Shown: piece by piece, positions 1 to 9,069 of the stretch
Numbering within the stretch: position 1 is the first letter of the stretch
Layout: each line of letters opens with the position of its first letter
DNA from: Ranitomeya imitator
Taxonomy: Eukaryota
Direction of reading: 5' to 3'
Assembly (NCBI RefSeq): GCF_032444005.1
Contig: NC_091282.1
Coordinates: 780,332,001 to 780,396,000 of the forward strand
Length of the DNA stretch: 64,000 nucleotides
Notes under the pieces: model-generated
Told to the model about the DNA's origin: nothing
What the model saw: the letters and a program-made list of their open reading frames with translations, nothing else
Database searches by the model: none
Program-made: the position numbers and the translations under genes

Positions 1-201
1 TTCCCTAGCAACCAATCATCTAGAGCTACAGGAAGATTCAAAGTAGATTCCCATTTGCTCATGTATGGGGATTTTATAATTTTGAAATAGTTATTAAACC
101 ACTGGTAGATATATTGAGTAGACCAAAATATGCTATGACCGGAGTTGCATAAAATATTAATTGCTGGCTCTGATAAAGGAGGGCGACCAGTCACCAGTGG
201 C
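1..201 (-). pseudogene. L1-clade LINE ORF2, downstream part (continuation of 5956-6865)
   Basis: Open frame GRPPLSEPAINILCNSGHSIFWSTQYIYQWFNNYFKIIKSPYMSKWESTLNLPVALDDW. It joins in frame to ...FTILKDFLRPLVT at 5956 across the duplicated target site. Confidence 0.8.
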
Positions 202-839
202 GAAACAACAAAAAACAATATTAAAGGGGTATGTTTAACCCCTTTACCCCCAAGGGTGGTTTGCACGTTAATGACCAGGCCAATTTTTACAATTCTGACC
301 ACTGTCCCTTTATGAGGTTATAACTCCGAAACGCTTCAACGGATCCTGGTGATTCTGACATTGTTTTCTCGTGACATATTGTACTTCATGATAGTGGTAA
401 AATTTCTTTGATAGTACCTGCGTTTGTTTGTGAAAAAAACGGAAATTTGGCGAAAATTTTGAAAATTTCGCAATTTTCAAACTTTGAATTTTTATGCAAT
501 TAAATCACAGAGATATGTCACACAAAATACTTAATAAGTAACATTTCCCACATGTCTCCTTTACATCAGCATAATTTTGGAACCAATTTTTTTTTTTGTT
601 AGGGAGTTCTAAGGGTTAAAAGTTGACCAGCAATTTCTCATTTTTACAACACCATTTTTTTTTAGGGACCACGTCTCATTTGAAGTCATTTTGAGGGGTC
701 TATATGATAGAAAATGCCCAAGTGTGACACCATTCTAAAAACTGCACCCCTCAAGGTGCTCAAAACCACATTCAAGAAGTTTATTAACCCTTCAGGTGTT
801 TAATAGGAATTTTTGGAATGTTTAAATAAAAATGAACAT

Positions 840-2680
840 TTAACTTTTTTACACAAAAAATTTACTTCAGCTCCAATTTGTTTTATTTTACCAAGGGTAA
901 CAGGAGAAATTGGACCCAAAAAGTTGTTGTCCAATTTGTCCTGAGTACGCTGATACCCCATATGTGGCAGTAAACCACTGTTTGGGCGCATGGGAGAGCT
1001 CGGAAGGGAAGGAGCGCTATTTGACTTTTCAATGCAAAATTGACAGGAATTGAGATGGGACGCCATGTTGCGTTTGGAGAGCCACTGATGTGCCTAAACA
1101 TTGAAACCCCCCACAAGTGACACCATTTTGGAAAGTAGACCCCCTAAGGAACTTATCTGGATGTGTGGTGAGCACTTTGACCCACCAAGTGCTTCACAGA
1201 AGTTTATAATGCAGAACCGTAAAAATAAAAAATCATATTTTTTCACAAAAATTATATTTTTGCCCCCAATTTTTTATTTTTCCAAGGGTAAGAGAAGAAA
1301 TTGTACCTCAAAAGTTGTTGTCCAATTTGTCCTGAGTACGCTGATACCCCATATGTGGCAGTAAACCACTGTTTGGGCGCATGGGAGAGCTCGGAAGGGA
1401 AGGAGCGCAGTTTGACTTTTCAATGCAAAATTGACAGGAATTGAGATGGGACGCCATGTTGCGTTTGGAGAGCCACTGATGTGCCTAAACATTGAAACCC
1501 CCCACAAGTGACACCATTTTGGAAAGTAGACCCCCTAAGGAACTTATCTGGATGTGTGGTGAGCACTTTGACCCACCAAGGGCTTCACAGAAGTTTATAA
1601 TGCAGAGCCATAAAAATAAAACAACATTTTTTTCCCACAAAAATTATTTTTTAGCCCCCAGTTTTGTATTTTCCCTAGGGTAACAGGAGAAATTGGACCC
1701 CAAAAGTTGTTGTCCAATTTGTCCTGAGTACGCTGATACCCCATATGTGGGGGGGAACCACCGTTTGGGCGCATGGGAGGGTTCGGAAGGGAAGGAGCGC
1801 CATTTGGAATGCAGGCTTAGATGGAATGGTCTGCAGGCGTCACATTGCGTTTGCAGAGCCCCTAATGTACCTAAACAGTAGAAACCCCCCACAAGTGACA
1901 CCATTTTGGAAAGTAGACCCCCTAAGGAACTCATCTTGATGTGTTGTGAGAGCTTTGAACCCCCAAGTATTTCACTACAGTTTATAACGCAGAGCCATGC
2001 AAATAAAAAATATTTTTTTTTCCACAAAAATTATATTTTAGCCCCCAGTTTTGTATTTTTCCAAGGTTAGCAGGAGAAATTGGACCCTAAATGTTGTTGT
2101 CCAATTTGTCCTGAGTATGCTGATACCCGATATGTGGGGGGGGAACCACCGTTTGGGCGCATGGGAGGGCTCGGAAGGGAAGGAGCATCATTTGGAATGC
2201 AGGCTTAGATGGATTGGTCTGCAGGCGTCACATTGCGTTTGCAGAGCCCCTAATGTACCTAAACAGTAGAAACCCCCCACAAGTGACCCCATATTGGAAA
2301 CTAGACCACTCAATGAACTTATCTAGATGTGTTGTGAGAACTTTGAACCCCCAAGTGTTTCACTACAGTTTATAACGCAGAGCCGTGAAAATAAAAAATC
2401 TTTTTGTTTTCCCACAAAAATTATTTTTTAGCCCCCAGTTTTGTATTTTCCCAAGGGTAACAGGAGAAATTGGTCCACAAAAGTTGTTGTCCAATTTGTC
2501 CTGAGTACGCTGATACCCCATATGTTGGGGTAAACCCCTGTTTGGGCACACAGGAGAGCTCGGAAGGGAAGGAGCACTGTTTTACTTTTTCAACGCAGAA
2601 TTGGCTGGAATTGAGATCGGACGCCATGTCGTGTTTGGAGAGCCCCTGATGTGCCGAAACAGTGGAAACCCCCCAATTAT
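840..2680 (+). repeat. ~390-bp tandem array (about 5 units) inside family B copy 1
   Basis: CCAATTTGTCCTGAGTA recurs at about 931, 1322, 1714, 2101 and 2491. This explains the near-identical short ORFs in the track. Confidence 0.95.
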
Positions 2681-2685
2681 AACTG

Positions 2686-3011
2686 AAACCCTAATCTAAA
2701 CACACCCCTAACCCTAATTCCAACGGTAACCCTAACCACACCTCTAACCCTGACACACCCCTAACCCTAATCCCAACCCTATTTCCAACTGTAAATGTAA
2801 TCTAAACCCTAACCCTAACTTTAGCCCCAACCCTAACTNNNNNNNNNNNNNNNNNNNNNNNNNNNNNNNNNNNNNNNNNNNNNNNNNNNNNNNNNNNNNN
2901 NNNNNNNNNNNNNNNNNNNNNNNNNNNNNNNNNNNNNNNNNNNNNNNNNNNNNNNNNNNNNNNNNNNNNNNNNNNNNNNNNNNNNNNNNNNNNNNNAACC
3001 CTAGCCCTAAT
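2686..3011 (+). repeat. Degenerate telomere-like (CCCTAA)n tract with an assembly gap (N at 2839-2996)
   Basis: aaaccctaatctaaacacacccctaaccctaat... Equivalent tracts lie at 49988-50120 and, inverted, at 59668-59852. Confidence 0.85.
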
Positions 3012-5660
3012 GGGAAAATGGAAATAAATACATTTTTTTTTATTTTTCCCTAACTAAGGGGGTGATGAAGGGGGGTTTGATTTACTTTTATAGCGAGTTT
3101 TTTAGCGGATTTTTATGATTGGCAGCCGTCACACACTGAAAGACCCTTTTTATTGCAAAAAATATTTTTTGCAATACCACATTTTGAGAGCTATAATTTT
3201 TCCATATTTTGGTCCACAGAGTCATGTGAGGTCTTGTTTTTTGCGGGACGAGTTGACGTTTTTATTGAAAACATTTTTGGGCACGTGACATTTTTTTATC
3301 GCTTTTTATTCCGATTTTTGTGAGGAAGAATGACCAAAAGCCAGCTATTCATGAATTTCTATTGGGGGAGGCGTTTATACCGTTCCGCGTTTGGTAAAAT
3401 TGATAAATCAGTTTTATTCTTCGGGTCAGTACGATTACAGCGATACCTCATTTATATCATTTTTTTATGGTTTGGTGCTTTTATACGATAAAAACTATTT
3501 TACAGAAAAAATAATTATTTTTGCATCGCTTTATTCTCAGGACTATAACTTTTTTATTTTTTTGCTGATGATGCTGTATGGCGGCTCTTTTTTTGCGGGA
3601 CAATATGACGCTTTCAGCGGTACCATGGTTATTTATATCTGTCCTTTTGATCGCGTGTTATTCCACTTTTTGTTCGGCGGTATGATAATAAAGCGTTGTT
3701 TTTTGCCTCTTTTTTTTTTTTTCTTACGGTGTTTACTGAAGGGGTTAACTAGTGGGACAGTTTTATAGGTCGGGTCGTTACGGACGCGGCGATACTAAAT
3801 ATGTGTACTTTTATTGGTTTTTTTTTGTTTTATTTAGATGAAGAAATGTATTTATGGGAATAATATTTTTTTTTTTTTTTCATTATTTTGGAATATTTTT
3901 TTTAATTTTTTTTACACATTTGGAAATTTTTTTTTTAACTTTTTTACTTTGTCCCAGGGGGGGACATCACAGATCAGTGATCTGACAGTTTGCACAGCAC
4001 TCTGTCAGATCACTGATCTGACATGCAGCGCTGCAGCCTTCACAGTGCCTGCTCTAAGCAGGCTCTGTGAAGCCACCTCCCTCCCTGCAGGACCCGGATC
4101 CGCGGCCATCTTGGATCCGGGGCTGGAGGGAGCAGGGAGGGAGGTGAGGAGACCCTCGCCGCAACGCGATCACATCGCGTTGCTGCGGGGGGCTCAGGGA
4201 AGCCCGCAGGGAGCCCCCTCCCTGCGCGGTGCTTCCCTGCACCGCCGGCACATCGCGATCATCTTTGATCGCGGTGTGCCAGGGGTTAATGTGCCGGGGG
4301 CGGTCCGTGACCGCTCCTGGCACATAGTGCCGGATGTCAGCTGCGATAAGCAGCTGACACCCGGCCGCGATCGGCCGCGCTCCCCCCCGTGAGCGCGGCC
4401 GATCGGCTATGACGTACTATCCCGTCCAGGGTCAGATAAGCCCAGGGCACCTCGACGGGATAGTACGTCTAAGGTCACAGAGGGGTTAATATGACAACCA
4501 AAAAAACGCAATACCCTAAAAAATAGCTTTTAATAAATAATGTTAAGATCTGATAGATAATTAAGCAACTAATGACCACCAACACCAACAACCCTGGGTC
4601 TCTACGGGGTAGATAAAGCAGCCGAGATATGGGAGGACCTCTTTTAATAAAGAGAATATTTATTCCAGACCAGGTCCCTAATGTTAGCCCTAATAGAGCT
4701 CACACCTTCCTAACAGCGGAGGTTGGCACCCTAAAATTCAATATGGCGTCCTCGCTCAGTGTCTATCCCTTCTTGCCCTATTCCGGGCCCTAACAACTAC
4801 CCACGCCCAAGACCCAAACACCATACATACAATATAAACCTAGGTCACGCGAATGTGAAATGAGTAAAACCAATGCAGCATAAGTGATCTTACTGCACCA
4901 AATATATTATATCTACAAAAAAGCTGCACATAAATGTGTACCCTATGAATTGAATCTAGGCGTTTAGAGGCCAAAAGGTCTGACCTACTAAATCTAGGGC
5001 AGGAAATACCTTCTCGGATCTATACAGTACAAAAGGGGGGGGGGGGGGGGCAGAGGAGCGTGGATCTCCTAAAGTGCTATTGTGCAACCAGCATATACCC
5101 GCTGCCTAGATTACCATATACAATAAATTCGCTATGACCTAGTCTTGACCATAGCAGACATAGATTGAAATTTCCCAATGGATAAAGGCATTCCTGGTTG
5201 TTAATAACAAAGAGGATAATATTATTTAAAGGGTACAGACGAGCATAGGTCTCCACATTTAGTAGTCCGAGACCATCAAGATATAAAGTGCTCTTGTGCA
5301 TATAGCTTTATATCGCTGCCATTCGTTAACATATACAGTAGATTCACTGTGACCTAATAGTAACCATAGCAGACAAATACAGGCTTCTTTTTTTCTAGAT
5401 ATCCATAATCATCATATTGTACATTATCACATTTCTAACACCTGTCGAAAAGATCACATAGTGTATATCATGTCTGTATATCAATGTAACAAACATACAT
5501 AGAAGCCCATACAGATAGAGCCATGTCACTAGTCTCTCATGGCACTCGTGCGGCACATTTAAGCACTTCACATATTGTTGTCATAAAAAGCTATACACAG
5601 TCTGCTACGATTAAGATAGACTTATCTGAATAAATGTGACGTAATATGTCCCATCTCTCC

Positions 5661-5708
5661 ATCCCTACGCGTTTCGCCCCTTCCCAGCACAGGGGCTCAT
5701 CAGGGGAT
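5661..5708 (-). ncRNA. Minimal type I hammerhead ribozyme
   Basis: Minus strand reads AUCCC-CUGAUGA-GCCCC(UGUGCUGGGAA)GGGGC-GAA-ACGCGU-A-GGGAU. It has a complete catalytic core, a 5-bp stem I, a 5-bp stem II, a palindromic ACGCGU stem III and a GUA cleavage triplet. Confidence 0.85.
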
Positions 5709-5955
5709 CATTTGGGATCTAGCAGCAATGGCTTGAGAAATAGATGTGAACAGATGGAGGTAGTAGGTGTGAGCTCTATTAGGGCTAACATTAGGGACCT
5801 AGTCAGGAATAAATATTCTCTTTATTAAAAGAGGTCCTGCTATATCTCGGCTGCTTTATCTACCCCGTAGAGACCCAGGGTTGTTGGTGTTGGTGGTCAT
5901 TATTTGCTTAATTATCTATCAGATCTTAACATTATTTATTAAAAGCTATTTTTTA

Positions 5956-6865
5956 CAGTCACCAGTGGCCTCAGAAAATCCTTTAAAATAGTAAACTGCA
6001 TAAAAGCCGATGAGGGAACACCAAACCTATCTTTAAGGTGGGTAAATGAAACAAACTTGTTACCATCAAAGATGTCATGTAGTTTAGAGATTCCCCAGTC
6101 AGCCCAACTTGAAAGCAGATCAAACGAGAAAACAGTAACCAAAAAAAGAGAGGGGACGTCTCAGCATAAGTTCCATCCTAGTGAAACCACTTTTAATTTT
6201 GCAGAAATTTCCGCCATGCCACAAGAACAGCTGCAAATATCGGATGATCAGACTGAAGCAAAGACTTAGAGGTGAATAAATTCATAATAATATTACAAGG
6301 TGGAGAATTTCTATTAAAATATAATTCCAATTCCACCCATGTAGGCGTATCATCTGCAGACCACCAATATAGACTCTGTTTAATTAAATTAGAGAAATAA
6401 TAGGCAGAAACATTAGGAAGTCCCATACCCCCACGCAATTTATGTTTATACAGTTAACTAGAGGCTATATGAGCTCTCTGGTTGCCCCAAACAAACAGAT
6501 TGAGGTGTGCCTGCGAACTGGTCAAATAGGAAGTAGGAACAAGTAAAGGAAGGGACCTGAAGATATAGAGGATCTTGGGAAGAATTATTGATTTTACAAT
6601 AAGGCACTTTCTCCACCACGATAATACTTTATCATCATAAAATCTAAGCTCTTTAGAAATGGAAGCAATAAGAGAATCCAAATTGATGGGAATCAAGGAG
6701 CTACGTTTGCTAGAAAACCTCAGACCCAAATAAACAATATCCCTCTCCGACCAATTCCAGGGCGAAATATCCTCTATACTTCGGATTTGAGAATCAGTGA
6801 GATTAAATTGAAAATTTTTCGACTTGGACTTGCAGCATCAATAGTAAAAAGATATGTTAAAAACA
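5956..6865 (-). pseudogene. Degraded L1-clade LINE ORF2 (post-RT region)
   Basis: Frames give IVYLGLRF, CLIVKSIILPKILYIFRSLP, GGMGLPNVSAYYF and WVELE motifs typical of L1 ORF2. Interrupted by stops and frameshifts. Confidence 0.85.
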
Positions 6866-6874
6866 ATAATTATT

Positions 6875-7730
6875 AAAAAATTGTGATATTCTCACCTTCC
6901 GGCGTCCCCGGCAGCTTATCCGGCTCCTTGCGATGCTCCGGTCCCAGTAATGCTTTGTGGTAATGACCCCAGATGACGTAGCGGTCTCACGAGACCGCTA
7001 CATCATCACGGGTTATTGCCGCAAAGCATTACTTTGAACGGACCTGGCGAGAGCATCGCTAAAAGCATGGGCTGGATCCGGGGGCCGCCGAAAGGTGAGT
7101 ATATAACTATTTTTTATTTTAATTCTTTTTTAACAGGGATATGGTGCCCACACTGCTATATACTACGTGGCTGTGTTATATACTACGTGGATTGTGCTAT
7201 GTACTACGTGGACTGTACTATATACTACTTGGGCTGTGCTATATACTGCATGGGCTGTGCTATATACTGCGTGGGCTGTGCTATATACTGCGTGGGCTGT
7301 GCTATATACTGCGTGGGCTGTGCTATATGCTACGTGGGCTGTGCAATATACTACGTTGGTGTGTTATATACTGCGTGGGCTGTGTTATATACTGCGTGGG
7401 CTGTGTTATATACTGCGTGGGCTGTGTTATATACTGCGTGGGCTGTGTTATATTTCTCTGCTGTATCTGTGCATCATGAATCGTGGCATGTGTTAAAGGG
7501 GGGGCCAACTGAGACTCTTTCGCCCAGGGCCCTCAAAAACCTGGAGCCGGCCCTGGCTTCACTGATTGTCTGGCCGCGAATTGGTGAGGGATTTGAACCA
7601 CGCTTCGCTGATTGGTCACGCCCAGCCATCCAAATCCTGTGTAGTCATTGCATTATTCTTAAATCTTCATAAATAAAACTACATACATATTCTAGAATAC
7701 CCAATGCGTTAGAATCGGGCCACCATCTAG
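6875..7730 (+). mobile_element. 5'-truncated non-autonomous Helitron-like element with an 18-19 bp minisatellite
   Basis: Ends ccaccatCTAG at 7730 after a hairpin remnant (cccaatgcgttagaatcggg). Internal (ctatatactgcgtgggctgtg)-type array at about 7150-7450. Confidence 0.7.
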
Positions 7731-9069
7731 TCTATATACATAATTGTCTAAGGGGTACTTCCGTCTGTCTGTCCTTCTGTCACGGATATTCATTGGTCCT
7801 GGCCTCTGTCTATCATGGAAATCCAAGTCGCTGATTGGTCGCCGCAAAACAGTCACGACCAATCAGCGACGGCCACAGTCCGGAAGAATATGGCCGCTTC
7901 ATACTCCCCGCAGTCAGTGGCCGCCGCCTGCTCCCCGCAGTCACTGTCCCCGGCCCTCCTCTCCCCGCACTCACTGTCCCCAGCGCTCCGCTCCTCGTAC
8001 TGGGTCCCCGGCGCTCCGCTCCCCGTGCTCACTGTCCCCTGCGTTCCGCTCCCCGCACTGGGTCCCCGGCGCTCCGCTCCAGCCCCCCCCCCCCCCCCGT
8101 CTCCCCGGCGCTCCGCTTCCCGCATGCTCCATACTCCCCTCCGGTCACCGCTAACACAGGGTTAATGCCGGCGGTAACGCATTCCGTTACCGCCGCTATT
8201 AACCCTGTGTATCCCCAACCTTTTACTATTGATGCTGCCTATGCGGCATTAATAGTAAACGAAAGTCATGCTAACAATAGTAAAAAACAAAACAAAAAAA
8301 AACTGCTATACTCACCTCCGTTGTCCGCTGAGCCGCTGGCGGCCGCCGCCATCTTGCGTTCCCACGATGCTTTGCGAAACTACCCATAAGACCTAGCAGT
8401 CTCGCGAGACCGCTAAGTCATATGGGTACTTTCGCAAAGCATCCTGGGAACGCAAGATGGCGGACGCGCGCCCATCTGCACAGGATCCCAGGAAGCGGCG
8501 ACACAGGACGCAAAGGAGCAGCGCCGAGAATGGTGAGTATGTTACACTACAAGGGGCCCTCGGATCGTTAGGGGAGTATGTTTATTTTTGGAACCTGTGA
8601 CATACGTGGCTCGGTAATATCGTACGTCACTGGGCAATATCCTACGTGGCTATGTGCTGTATACTAAAAGGCTGGGCAATATACTACGTCGCTGTGCAAT
8701 ATACTACGTGGCTCTGTGCTGTATACTACTTGGCTGGGCAATATACTACGTGGCTGAGCAATATACTACGTGGCTGGGCAATATACTACGTGGCTCTGGG
8801 CAATATACTACGTGGCTCTGGGCAATATACTACGTGGCTGGGCAATATACTACGTGGCTGGGCAATATACTACGTGGCTGGGCAATATACTACGTGGCTG
8901 GGCAATATACTACGTGGCTCTGCTGTATACTACACGTGGCTCTGCTGTATACTATGTGCCTCAGCAATATACTACGTAAATGGGCAATATACTACGTGGC
9001 TGAGCAATATACTACGTGGACATGCATACTCTAGAATACCCGATGCATTTGCATCGGGCCACCATCTAG
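7731..9069 (+). mobile_element. Full-length non-autonomous Helitron-like element
   Basis: Starts 5'-TC at 7731 and ends CTAG at 9066-9069, followed by T. Perfect hairpin CCCGATGCA-TT-TGCATCGGG at 9039-9058. Internal (gggcaatatactacgtggct)n array at about 8620-9020. Confidence 0.8.

Larger units (their letters stand above)
239..4485 (+). mobile_element. Non-autonomous TTAA (piggyBac-like) DNA transposon, family B copy 1
   Basis: TTAA at 235-238 and 4486-4489, with CCCCT...AGGGG termini. Colinear with 47554-51933. No transposase ORF. Confidence 0.8.
202..5955 (-). mobile_element. Non-coding hammerhead-containing retroelement (Penelope-like/retrozyme-like), ~1.5 kb excluding the nested 239-4489 insertion
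   Basis: 14-bp TSD CAGTCACCAGTGGC at 188-201 and 5956-5969. 191-bp inverted repeat at 4517-4707 / 5765-5955. Hammerhead core at 5661-5708. No long ORF. Confidence 0.75.

Noticed and set aside
800-2627. Many similar short ORFs (MWGVSMFRH..., MKPPTSDTIL...), repeated at 48164-49929 and 59826-60898
   Set aside because: They are translations of the ~390-bp tandem unit, appear on both strands and have no recognisable domain.
2686-3011. True telomere or chromosome-fusion relic
   Set aside because: The tract is degenerate and sits at the same position inside each copy of a transposon family.
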